Shown: piece by piece, positions 20,964 to 30,376 of the stretch
Layout of the letters: each line of letters begins with the position of its first letter
Numbering within the stretch: the first letter of the stretch is position 1
DNA from: an uncultured delta proteobacterium
Lineage (GTDB): Bacteria; Myxococcota; Myxococcia; Myxococcales; Myxococcaceae
Length of the DNA: 64,000 nt
Reading direction: 5' to 3'
Assembly: GCA_963713045.1 (NCBI GenBank)
Contig: CAVQKE010000003.1
Span: forward strand, 1,312,001-1,376,000
Translations under genes and position numbers: made by a program
The notes under the pieces: model-generated
Database searches by the model: none
Seen by the model: only the letters and a program-made list of their open reading frames with translations
Told to the model about the DNA's origin: nothing

Positions 20964-22478
20964 TCAGAAGTAGCGCTTGCGTTTGCTGGACGGCAGAACG
21001 CCCAGCACTTCGCGGTACTTGGCCACCGTGCGCCGGGCGATGTCGATGCCGCGGGCCCGCAGCAACTCGACAATCTTTTGGTCCGAATAGGGGTTGGCGG
21101 TGTCTTCCTCGCCGACAATCAACTTGATGTGGTTCTTCACCGCCTCGGAGGCGATGTCCTCGCCGGCCACCCGGGCGATGGAGGAGTTGAAGAAGTACTT
21201 CAGTTCATAAATGCCCTGCGGGGTGTGCACGTATTTGGCCGTGGTGACTCGGCTCACCGTCGACTCGTGCATCCCGATGTCCTCGGCCACGTCCCGGAGA
21301 ATGAGGGGCTTGAGGTAGGCAATGCCCCGGTCCAGAAAGTCCCGCTGAAACTTCACGATGGACTCGGTCACCTTGTAGATGGTGCGCTGGCGCTGGTGGA
21401 TGCTGCGGATGAGCCACATCGCCGAGCGCAGCTTGTCCTGGATGAATTCCTTGGCCTTGCCCGGCTCCATCACGCCCTTGCGCAGGGCCTGACGGTAGGC
21501 GCCGGAGATGCGCAGCTTGCTGAGGCCGTCGTCGTTGAGGACGACGGTGTAGCCGTCCCCCATTTTGTAGATGAAGACGTCCGGGGTGATGTAGTGCGCG
21601 TCCTCGGCGGAGAAATTGCGCCCCGGCTTCGGGTCCAGCTTGGCCAACAGCCGCGAGGCGTCAATCACTTCCTCCAGGCTCAGCTTGAGGTCGCGAGCAA
21701 TGGCCGGGAGGTTCTTGCTTTCCAGCGCCTTCATGTGGCGCTTAATCATCATCCCCAACAACGCGGCCCGCGGGTCATTCAGCCCTGCCACCTGAATCAG
21801 CAGGCATTCCTGTAAGTCGCGCGCCCCGCAGCCCTTGGGGTCGAGGTGCTGGATTTTCCGCAGCGTCCGCTCGGCCAGGCAGACGTCCACGTCGGCCTCA
21901 CTGGCCATGCGGATGAGGGGGTCGCCCTCCACGTCCGGAAGCCTCAGGTAGCCGTCGTCGTCGAGGTTGAAGATGATGGAGTGGGCAATTCGCCGCTCGG
22001 CCTCGTTCAGCTTCAACAGGCTGAGCTGACTTGCGAGGTGGTCGGGCAAGTCCTCCCGGTCCACCAGGTTGGCTTCGAAGGAAGGCAAGTCATCGCTGGC
22101 GACGTTGCCCTTGTTGCTGGCAGTGGAAGGTTCATTGAATTGGTAACTGTTGAGGTAGGCCTCCCAGTCAATCTCGCTGGGCCCCTCCTTCCCCTGCACC
22201 TCCTCGGCGTGCTCAGGCGCCTTGGCGGCTGCCAAATCCTCCGGAGACATCTCGGCGTTGGCCGCCTCCAGGGAGGCCTCCCCGGGAGCCTTTTCGGAGA
22301 GGTCTCCTTCGACCGTCTCGTCCGGCTGCTCCAGCAGGGGGTTCTGCTCCATCTCCTGCTGCACCTGGGCGACCAGTTCCATGTGCGAGAGCTGAAGCAG
22401 CTTGATGGCCTGCTGCAGCTGGGGCGTCATCACCAGCTGCTGCGACAGCTTCAGGCTCTGCTTGAGTTCCATCGCCAT
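20964..22478 (-). CDS. rpoN: RNA polymerase sigma-54 factor
   Basis: MTPQLQQAIKLLQL, MHESTVSRV, RpoN box ARRTVAKYRE. Confidence 0.98.
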   Translation of the reverse strand: MAMELKQSLKLSQQLVMTPQLQQAIKLLQLSHMELVAQVQQEMEQNPLLEQPDETVEGDLSEKAPGEASLEAANAEMSPEDLAAAKAPEHAEEVQGKEGPSEIDWEAYLNSYQFNEPSTASNKGNVASDDLPSFEANLVDREDLPDHLASQLSLLKLNEAERRIAHSIIFNLDDDGYLRLPDVEGDPLIRMASEADVDVCLAERTLRKIQHLDPKGCGARDLQECLLIQVAGLNDPRAALLGMMIKRHMKALESKNLPAIARDLKLSLEEVIDASRLLAKLDPKPGRNFSAEDAHYITPDVFIYKMGDGYTVVLNDDGLSKLRISGAYRQALRKGVMEPGKAKEFIQDKLRSAMWLIRSIHQRQRTIYKVTESIVKFQRDFLDRGIAYLKPLILRDVAEDIGMHESTVSRVTTAKYVHTPQGIYELKYFFNSSIARVAGEDIASEAVKNHIKLIVGEEDTANPYSDQKIVELLRARGIDIARRTVAKYREVLGVLPSSKRKRYF

Positions 22479-22704
22479 GGGGGGCTTGTCGGCCGTCCCC
22501 GGGGTGCCCAAATGGCCCCATCAAGGACCATGCCAAGCTACCAGGAGCGTCCAGGGCCGTCCAGGCAACTTCGGCCCGACCCATGCCTACCTCGTATGGA
22601 AAGCTGAGTCGCAACGCACAGTTAGACAGACGCGAGGATTGCCGCGGTGCGGGGGCAGCCCCCCAACCGGGACGTTGCAGGGCACCTAAGCCCCTGGCAG
22701 GGGT

Positions 22705-23445
22705 TCAGGCGTGTTCATCCAGGACGAAGCGCTCGCCCAGGTAGACGGCCCGTGCGTCCGCGGAGTCGGCCAGTTCCCGCGGCGTGCCATGCAGCAGCAC
22801 CTTTCCATGGGCCAACAGGTAGGCCCGGTCGCAAATGCGCAGGGTGTCCCGGACGTTGTGGTCGGTAATCAGCACGCCCAGGCCCCGGGCCCGAAGGGCT
22901 GCAATTTGCCGCTGGATGTCGATGACGTTGATGGGGTCCACGCCGGCGAAGGGCTCATCAAACAGCATGAAGCGCGGGCGGCGGATGAGGGAGCGCGCGA
23001 TTTCTGCCCGCCGGCGCTCGCCGCCTGAGAGTTGCTCCCCGAGGGACTCAGCCACCTCCGTCAGGTGAAATTCTTCTAGCAAGGCCTGGGCCGCCGCCTC
23101 GCGCTGGGCCCGGTTGTTGCGCTTGTCCAACTCCAGCACTGCGAGGAAGTTTTGCCGCAGCGTGAGGCGCCGGAAGATGGAGGCCTCCTGGGGCAAATAG
23201 CCCAGGCCGGCCCGCGCGCGCCGGTGGATGGGGAGCGGCGTCAGGTCCATGCCGGCGAGGGAGACGCTGCCCGCCTCGGCCGGGACCAGGCCAACCACCA
23301 TGTTGAAGGTGGTGGTTTTCCCGGCCCCATTGGGCCCGAGCAGCCCCACCACCTCGCCCAGGGAGACTTCCACGTGGACGTCGTCCACCACGCGTCGGCC
23401 GCGGTAGCTTTTCACCAGGCCCCGGGCGACGAGTTGCTCGCTCAC
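22705..23445 (-). CDS. lptB: LPS export ABC transporter ATP-binding protein
   Basis: [37 protein letters not shown]. Confidence 0.95.
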   Translation of the reverse strand: MSEQLVARGLVKSYRGRRVVDDVHVEVSLGEVVGLLGPNGAGKTTTFNMVVGLVPAEAGSVSLAGMDLTPLPIHRRARAGLGYLPQEASIFRRLTLRQNFLAVLELDKRNNRAQREAAAQALLEEFHLTEVAESLGEQLSGGERRRAEIARSLIRRPRFMLFDEPFAGVDPINVIDIQRQIAALRARGLGVLITDHNVRDTLRICDRAYLLAHGKVLLHGTPRELADSADARAVYLGERFVLDEHA

Positions 23446-24410
23446 TGGGGCGGTGCCGCCTTCTTCATGTTGGCCTTCCGCTTCTCGTCCTGCCCCTTGC
23501 TTTCGAGAACGCCCACCGCGTTGTCGACGTCCATCAAGTCCGAGTCAACGTAGAAGGTGATTTTGGTGCCCTTCATCTCGCTGCCGCCCTGGCGCCCCAG
23601 CGGGTTCCCGGTGATGACCAGCACTTCCTTGGTGGTGTCAAAGTCCCCGTGTTCCCCGCGTGCCCAGCGGTTTCCGTCGACCGCTTCCACGTTGCCGGTG
23701 CATTCGATGCGCTTCACTTCGTTGACGTCCCGGTTGACGTAGTAGGCGGTGGCGTGCGCGCACGTCATGTCGGTGTTGTGCCGCTTCACGTGGACATGGC
23801 CCACGCACACCATTTGTTCCTTGGAGCCCTGCATTCGCCCCCGGTCGCACTGAATGTTGGCTGGATTGACAAAGCCCCCTTCGGCCAGGCCGCCATCCAG
23901 CGCAGCCGGAGGAAGCGTGGCCTCCTTCTTCTTCTTCGCCGCGCGCCTCTCCTCTTGCCCCTCGCTTTCCAACAGGGCGTTGACACCGTCCACGTCCATC
24001 TCGTCGGTGTTGACGTGGAAGACAATTTTGTTCCCTTGCAGCTGACTGGTGCCCTGCCGGCCGCGGGGGTTGCCGGTCATGACCAGGACTTCCGTCTGGT
24101 TGTCGTAGTCCCCGAAGTCCCCGGTGGCCCAGCGGTCCGCGTCCACCGCCACCACATCCCCGATGCACTCGAAGTGCGTCATGTCGTTGACGTCGCGGTT
24201 GGTGTAGTAGGCAATCAGTTTCTGGCAGGTGATGTCCGTCTTGTAGCGCTTCACCAGCACGTGCCCGGTGCAGATGAGTCGCTGCTTACTGCCTTCCATC
24301 CGCGCAAAGTCACACTTGACGTCCACCGGGTTGTGGAAGCCGCCGTCGGCGCCCGAATGCCCAAGCGAGCCGCCGTCGGCCGCGGCCAAGAGGAGGACAA
24401 GCGCAATCAC
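23442..24410 (-). CDS. lptA: LptA/OstA-family protein with two tandem jellyroll domains
   Basis: Lies between lptC-like gene and lptB; two ~125-aa similar repeats each with LV-TGNP-GRQG...G-KI-F. Confidence 0.8.
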   Translation of the reverse strand: MIALVLLLAAADGGSLGHSGADGGFHNPVDVKCDFARMEGSKQRLICTGHVLVKRYKTDITCQKLIAYYTNRDVNDMTHFECIGDVVAVDADRWATGDFGDYDNQTEVLVMTGNPRGRQGTSQLQGNKIVFHVNTDEMDVDGVNALLESEGQEERRAAKKKKEATLPPAALDGGLAEGGFVNPANIQCDRGRMQGSKEQMVCVGHVHVKRHNTDMTCAHATAYYVNRDVNEVKRIECTGNVEAVDGNRWARGEHGDFDTTKEVLVITGNPLGRQGGSEMKGTKITFYVDSDLMDVDNAVGVLESKGQDEKRKANMKKAAPPQ

Positions 24411-24934
24411 GGCCCGCGCGTCCGCGTCTCCGGATTCACGAAGTCGTAGACGTCCGTGCGCAGGTGGATGTCAAAGGCGTCGGCGCGCAGCCAGAAGCCG
24501 TCGGGCCCATCCACCTTCAGCGGGGAGTGGCCGGTGGCCCGCATGTCCGGTGAGTCGAAGAAGGCGTGGGACGTCGTCGCGACGACGCCGGTCGGCAGCC
24601 GGACGGTGACCCCGTCGGTGACTTCCACCCCGTGGGTGAGGAGGTTGCCCACCGCCATCGGCGCCGAGAGGTGGGTGGCCGGAGGCGTCACACCGCGCGG
24701 GGGCGGCGGCTCCGTCCGGTAGACGTCCAGCTGCATGTCGCTGGAGTGCACATCCGCGCTGGCGCGCTGGTAGGCCATCAGGCTGCTGGCGCCGACTGCC
24801 GTCAGGGTGGAGTTGTGGAAGTTGCGCAGCTGCACCTGGTGCAGCGTCACTTCCGGCGCCACTTGGTTGGGCGGAGGCGGCACGGCGCAGCCAGCGAGGA
24901 GGAAGGCGAGAGCGGCGAAGCGGCGCACGGGCAA
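24407..24934 (-). CDS. LptC-like lipoprotein
   Basis: Lipobox LAGC, beta-rich sequence, directly upstream of lptA-lptB with overlapping stop/start. Confidence 0.6.
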   Translation of the reverse strand: MPVRRFAALAFLLAGCAVPPPPNQVAPEVTLHQVQLRNFHNSTLTAVGASSLMAYQRASADVHSSDMQLDVYRTEPPPPRGVTPPATHLSAPMAVGNLLTHGVEVTDGVTVRLPTGVVATTSHAFFDSPDMRATGHSPLKVDGPDGFWLRADAFDIHLRTDVYDFVNPETRTRGP

Positions 24935-24943
24935 GAGGCCTCC

Positions 24944-25871
24944 CTAACACACTGTCTTCCACCGCTGGTGCATCCACACCCACTGCTCCGGCGTCCGGCG
25001 CACGGCTGCCTCAATGGCAGCCGAGTAGCGGGCGGTCAGCTCCACCACGTCCGCTTCGGCGTCCCCGGTGTGGGGGACGTCCACCTCGGCACCGCTCAGC
25101 TGGTAGCGCCCGTCGGCGCGACGCTGCAGAAAGCCCACCACGCTACAGGCCCCGGTGCGCAGGGTGAGGTCCGCCGGCGCGCGCGCGGTGGAGGCCAGCG
25201 TGCCGAAAAAGGGCACGCACACCGACTGGACGCGCGTGTCCTGGTCCACCAGGAAGCCCAGCATGTCGCCGCGGCGAAGCGCGCGCAGCATGGCCATGGC
25301 CGAGCCCGGGGCGCCGCGGAGGATGCTGTGGACACCGCCCTTCGCCCGGAAGGCCTCGGCCAGTCCGCCGAGGCGACTGTCCACGCCCTCTCGGGCGATG
25401 ACGTGCAAGGGAAGGCCAAGCCGCACCAGGGCCCAGCCAAACAACTCCCAGTGCCCGACATGCCCGCTGACGGCCACCACCCCCCGCCCTTGGGCAACCG
25501 CACTGCAGCAACAGGCTTCGCACCGCCTCCGGCACTTCCACCAGCGCGTCCAGTTGGGCCGAGGAAAGTCGCGGGGCGACGGCGGCCTCCAGCGCGCATC
25601 GGCCGAGGTGTCGGAAGCAGGCCCGCGCCAACGCCAGCCGCTCGGCCTCCCCCTTCTCCGGAAACGCCCGGGCCAAGGAAGTGAGGGCCTTGGCCCGTTC
25701 CCTCCGCAGAAGCCCGAAGGCGAGTGTGCCGAGGGCGTCCCCCAGCGCTTGGGCCCAGCGCAGCGGCAACAGGCCAGCCAGGGCCAGCGCGGCGCGCACC
25801 AGCGCGAAGCGGACGAAGCGCTTGAAGCGCTTTGCCAACGGGGGCGTGGCGTGGGAAACCCTCGCGTCCAC
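24944..25871 (-). pseudogene. Lipid A late acyltransferase (LpxL/HtrB family) split by a frameshift near 25505 (possibly sequencing error)
   Basis: N-terminal LPLRWAQALG...LARAFPE lies in ORF 25143-26288; catalytic GHVGHWE, LVDQD, VPFFG and PEQWVWMHQRWK lie in ORF 24944-25480. Confidence 0.8.
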
Positions 25872-25884
25872 CAGGCCTTCCTCT

Positions 25885-27216
25885 ATGGCACAGCGCGAGT
25901 ACAACTTCGACGGACTCGTCGGGCCAACCCACAACCACGCTGGCATTGCCCCCGGCAACCTGGCCTCCGAAGCACACGAGGGCGAGGTGTCCAGCCCGCG
26001 GCAGGCCGCTTTGCAAGGGCTGGCCAAAATGCGCTTCATCGCCGCGCTGGGCGTTGAACAGGCGGTGCTTCCACCGCAGCCCCGGCCTTCACTGCGGACG
26101 CTGCGGGCCCTCGGCTTCACCGGCACCGACGAGGCGGTGGTGACGCGGGCCGCAAGGGAGGCCGAGCCACTGCTGCGCGCGTGTTCCAGCGCCGCCGCCA
26201 TGTGGACCGCCAACGCCTGCACCAACGCGCCGTCGGAGGACACGGCCGACAAGCGGGTGCACCTCACCCCCGCCAACCTGACCGCCATGTTTCACCGCAG
26301 CATTGAAGCGGACACCACCCACGCGGTGCTGGCGAAAATATTTGGCGACCTGCGGCACTTCGCCGTCCATGGCCCGCTGCCGGGAGGCGCCCACTTCGCC
26401 GACGAGGGCGCCGCCAACCACACCCGGCTGGCGGTGGAGGGTCGGCCGGCCGTCCACCTTTTCGGCTGGGGCCGAAGCAGCTACCGCCCCAGCGTCCTCC
26501 CCACCCGTTTCCCGGCGCGGCAGACGCGCGAGGCCAGCGAGACGCTGGCCCGGCTGCACCAGTTGGCCCCGGCGCAGTGCCTCTTCCCCCAGCAGTCGCC
26601 GGCCGGCATTGACGCCGGCGCCTTCCATTCGGACGTCCTGGTGGTGGGCAACGAAGGGCTACTGCTGCTGCATGAGAGTGCCTTCGTGGACACGCCCGGG
26701 GTGCTTTCTGCCCTGCGCGAGAAGCTGGGGCCCGGCTTCACCGCGGTGGTGGCCACCGAGGCCGAGTTGCCGGTGGCGGAGGCCGTCCAGGCCTACCCCT
26801 TCAACAGCCAGCTCCTGACGCTGCCCTCCGGGCGGATGGCGATTGTGGCGCCCGTGGAAAGCCGGGACTCCCCCGCCGCACGGGCCTTTCTCGAAAGGGT
26901 GGTCGCTGGCGACAACCCAGTCGAAGCGGTGCACTACCTGGACGTGCGCGAGTCCATGCACAACGGCGGGGGCCCGGCCTGCCTCCGCCAGCGCATTCGG
27001 CTGACCGACGCCGAGGCGGACGCGGTGACGGCCCGGGTGTTTTTCAACGAGGCCCTGGACGTGGACTTAACCGGTTGGATTGGGCGTCACTACCGCGACC
27101 GCCTCGTCCCGGAGGACCTCCGGGACCCAGCCCTCGCCCGGGAAAGCATGGCAGCCCTGGATGAGTTAACGCGGCTGCTCCATCTGGGCAGCGTCTACGA
27201 CTTCCAGAAGGCCTGA
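25885..27216 (+). CDS. astB: N-succinylarginine dihydrolase
   Basis: EYNFDGLVGPTHN, MWTAN, DEGAANHTRL, FPARQT, SMHNGGGPACLR, YDFQ. Confidence 0.95.
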   Translation: MAQREYNFDGLVGPTHNHAGIAPGNLASEAHEGEVSSPRQAALQGLAKMRFIAALGVEQAVLPPQPRPSLRTLRALGFTGTDEAVVTRAAREAEPLLRACSSAAAMWTANACTNAPSEDTADKRVHLTPANLTAMFHRSIEADTTHAVLAKIFGDLRHFAVHGPLPGGAHFADEGAANHTRLAVEGRPAVHLFGWGRSSYRPSVLPTRFPARQTREASETLARLHQLAPAQCLFPQQSPAGIDAGAFHSDVLVVGNEGLLLLHESAFVDTPGVLSALREKLGPGFTAVVATEAELPVAEAVQAYPFNSQLLTLPSGRMAIVAPVESRDSPAARAFLERVVAGDNPVEAVHYLDVRESMHNGGGPACLRQRIRLTDAEADAVTARVFFNEALDVDLTGWIGRHYRDRLVPEDLRDPALARESMAALDELTRLLHLGSVYDFQKA

Positions 27217-27301
27217 AGCGAGGGGCCAGTGGGGTCCCTCACGCGCGACGCTTCAGGCCTCCTCAAGAAGACCTTCCGCCACGTGTCGCTGGCTCCAGCA
27301 C

Positions 27302-28405
27302 TCACTCTCTTCGTAGGTAGCCGTGCAGGACGCCGCTCGCGTCGTAGAAGAATCCATCGCTCGCGCCCTCTTCGTTGATGCTGTCGGCAATGGTGCCCTG
27401 TCCGGCCCCCGTGCCCGCACCAGGGGCTTCGTAGGTGATGAAGCTACCGTCGGGAGCGCGCAGAAAGGCGTGATTCACGCCGTTCCCGTCGAGGTATTGC
27501 CCGGTAATCTGCCCGCGAGTGTTGATTTGCTCGGGAATGGTGCCCTGCCCGGCTGCTGTGCCCGCCCCGGGGGCCTCGAAGGTGATGATGCATCCGTCGG
27601 GAGTGCGCAGAAAGCCGTGATTCACGCCACTGCCGTCAATGACGCTTCCCGTGATTGCCCCCTCGGAGTTGAGGGCACCGCCAGGCGTGGGTGCCGTCCC
27701 CTGGCCCGGGCCGGTGCCCGCGCCCGGGCCGTCGAAGGTGGCGATGCGTCCGTCGCGAGAGCGAAGGAAACCATGATTCACGCTGCTCCCGTCAACGTAC
27801 GCCCCGGTAATCTCTCCCCGGTCGTTGATGCTCAGACCAAGCGTCCCTTGCCCGGGACCCGTTCCGGCCCCCGGAACATCGTAGGTGGTGGTGCGTCCGT
27901 CGCGAGAGCGCACATAGCTGTGAGACACGTTGTTGGTGTCAATGAAATACGCTGCAGTCGCGCCGTCTTGGTTGATGCCAAACTCGAAGGTGCCCTGCCC
28001 GGCAGCGGTGCCCGCGCCCGGAATGTCGACCGTCGAAATTTTTCCGTCGGGAGCGCGTAAGAATCCGTGGAACACGGTGCTTGCGTCGAGGAAATAACCC
28101 GTCACCAGCCCGTCATCATTGGTGAGAATCGCGAAGGTGGCCACGGCCCCTGGAGCGTCGAACGTCGTGAACCAACCTTCGGGAGCCCGAATAAAACCGT
28201 GATCTGTATTGCTACCGTCGACGTAGAACCCGACTATCTCACCGACGTTATTGATGTAGATGACGAAAGTGCCCTGGCCCCCAGCTGTGCCCGCGCCAGG
28301 AGCGTCGAATTCGGTCAATTGCCTTTCATGTCCTCCGGCGAAAGCTGGAAGTGTCATGGCCAGGACGGTCAACAACGTCAATTTGCGAAACCATACGAAT
28401 CTCAT
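27302..28405 (-). CDS. Secreted repeat protein (probable beta-propeller)
   Basis: Signal peptide and about 7 repeats of INxxGxITGxYxDxxxVxHGFLRxPDGxITTFDxPGAGTxxGQGT. Confidence 0.8.
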   Translation of the reverse strand: MRFVWFRKLTLLTVLAMTLPAFAGGHERQLTEFDAPGAGTAGGQGTFVIYINNVGEIVGFYVDGSNTDHGFIRAPEGWFTTFDAPGAVATFAILTNDDGLVTGYFLDASTVFHGFLRAPDGKISTVDIPGAGTAAGQGTFEFGINQDGATAAYFIDTNNVSHSYVRSRDGRTTTYDVPGAGTGPGQGTLGLSINDRGEITGAYVDGSSVNHGFLRSRDGRIATFDGPGAGTGPGQGTAPTPGGALNSEGAITGSVIDGSGVNHGFLRTPDGCIITFEAPGAGTAAGQGTIPEQINTRGQITGQYLDGNGVNHAFLRAPDGSFITYEAPGAGTGAGQGTIADSINEEGASDGFFYDASGVLHGYLRRE

Positions 28406-28647
28406 GATTTACCCCCTTTGGTGTATTTCTGTGGCTCCTACCGAAACGAATGGCTGACCACTTTCGGTGCGCCGCGCGCCCGTCGCGCGCACCACGCTCC
28501 CGCGTCGCTTCGCCGCAGCGCGGGGCGTGCGGAGAAAAGTCCGCTGCCTCAGGTCTCTCTCCCCCCATAGGAAGCCTGCGCAGGCTTTCTGGACGCGGCC
28601 CACCTTCGGAGACGGGAGAATTCGCGCGTCGCCGGCCGGGAGATTCC

Positions 28648-29763
28648 CTACTTCCGCAGAAAGCCGTGCGCGACGCCGTTCACGTCGTAGTAGATGCCCG
28701 CGACCTCGCCCAGGTCATTGTTGGCAGCGCCGATGGTCCCCTGGCCAGGGCCGGTGCCCGCCCCCTTAACGTCGAATGTCGTGATTTCGCCGTCTGGAGC
28801 GCGGACGAAGCCGTGGTTCACGCCGCTCCCGTCAACGGATTGTCCTGTGATGGCACCGAACACGTTGATGGTCTCGACGTACGTGCCCTGGCCGGGACCT
28901 GTGCCCGCCCCCTTAACGTCGAATGTCGTGACGTCGCCGTCGGGAGCGCGCACGAAGCCGTGAAAGACGCTGTCTTCATCAATCAGCCACCCGGGAATCG
29001 TCCCCCCCAAGTTGATTCCGCCTGCAACGGTACCCTGGCCAGCGCCTGTGCCCCCGCCAGGTACGTCAAACGTCGTGATGTTGCCGTTGCGAGCGCGCAC
29101 CCAGCCGTGGTCCGCAAAATTCGTGTCTACGGCCCATCCCGCCGTTGCCCCTAAATCGTTGAGCCCATCTGCGGTGAAACTGAAGCAGCCCTGGAAGGCG
29201 CCTGTGCCCGCGTTCGGAGGAATGAACGTCGTGAAAGTGCCGTCGGGAGTGCGCACCCAGCACTCAAACGCGTTATTCGCCTCCTGGAGGATTCCCGACA
29301 TCTCCCCGAACAGGTTGATGTTGTAACCAAGAGTCCCCTGGAACTGGCCCGGCACGGCGCCCGCCCCCGGCGCATCGAACGTGGTGAACTTGCCATCGGG
29401 CGTACGCAGATACCCGTGCCAAGCAATAAGGCTGTTATCAATATAGAAACCCGTGATTGCCCCCTCCAGGTTGATGCCGTACGCGTAGGTAAAGAGGGAG
29501 CCCGGAGGGTCGATCGTGGTGAAGGTCCCGTCCTCAGTCCGGAGGAAGCCGTGTTGCGTGGAGGTCGGGTCCACGTAGTTCCCGATGATGTCGCCCCGGT
29601 CATTGATGGCGAGGGGAATTGTGCCCTGGCCGCTGGCTGTGCCCGCCCCGGGTATGTCGAACTTGACGATTTCGTGAGCAGTTCCCCCTGCATGGGCTGG
29701 AAACCTCATCGCCAGAGCGGCGAACAGCGTCACTCTGGAAAACCACATCACTCTCTTTTTCAT
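28648..29763 (-). CDS. Secreted repeat protein, paralog of 27302-28405
   Basis: Same repeat consensus and a similar signal peptide (VMWFSRVTLFAALAM versus FVWFRKLTLLTVLAM). Confidence 0.8.
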   Translation of the reverse strand: MKKRVMWFSRVTLFAALAMRFPAHAGGTAHEIVKFDIPGAGTASGQGTIPLAINDRGDIIGNYVDPTSTQHGFLRTEDGTFTTIDPPGSLFTYAYGINLEGAITGFYIDNSLIAWHGYLRTPDGKFTTFDAPGAGAVPGQFQGTLGYNINLFGEMSGILQEANNAFECWVRTPDGTFTTFIPPNAGTGAFQGCFSFTADGLNDLGATAGWAVDTNFADHGWVRARNGNITTFDVPGGGTGAGQGTVAGGINLGGTIPGWLIDEDSVFHGFVRAPDGDVTTFDVKGAGTGPGQGTYVETINVFGAITGQSVDGSGVNHGFVRAPDGEITTFDVKGAGTGPGQGTIGAANNDLGEVAGIYYDVNGVAHGFLRK

Positions 29764-30376
29764 AATGTCCCCCTGGTGTCTGGCTTGTGGGTTCGTGGCC
29801 TGTCCGCCGGAATCCCAAAAACAAATAGAAAAGTACCTGTCGTAGAGAGCGCGCCGCTCAGCCCGAAGTCCCCCACTTTCTTGCACGTCAGGCTTCCCCC
29901 CCCCCAGAGCAAACGGGCCGGTCCGACGACACATCGCCTCGACCCCGCGAGGGTACGACTGGCTGCCTTACATATCGGTCACCGATTCCAGCCGAGGTGG
30001 GCCGGGTCGTGACGACGCAGGACGAAAATGGGCATCTCCGCGAAGACAAATTTCACGGCGTGTCCCTGTCGGCCCAAAAGTTTTCACGGACTTCACCCAG
30101 GACCGGCGCTGAAAGACGGCATCCTTTTGTGAAGAGATGGATGGAGCCGAATTCTTTTGGGGACTTCCAGGCCAAGCCTCGAGGGTAGTGTGTCTTTAAG
30201 AAACACACACCCCGTGCGCTTAACCATCGCCCCAAGTGCGCATCAGCCGGCTTGTTTCCTTTCGCCTGTCGACCGTCCAAGGACGCCTTCGCCTCAACTG
30301 GTACGCTCCTCGATGCCGCATCAGGTCTGAGGGGAAGCGGCAAACCGTCTGCTAGCAGAGCGAATCGGGGGGCCGG

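Noticed and set aside
27302..29763. Regularly spaced DNA repeats resembling a CRISPR array
   Set aside because: They are degenerate in-frame repeats encoding protein repeats of about 50 aa; no cas genes are present.
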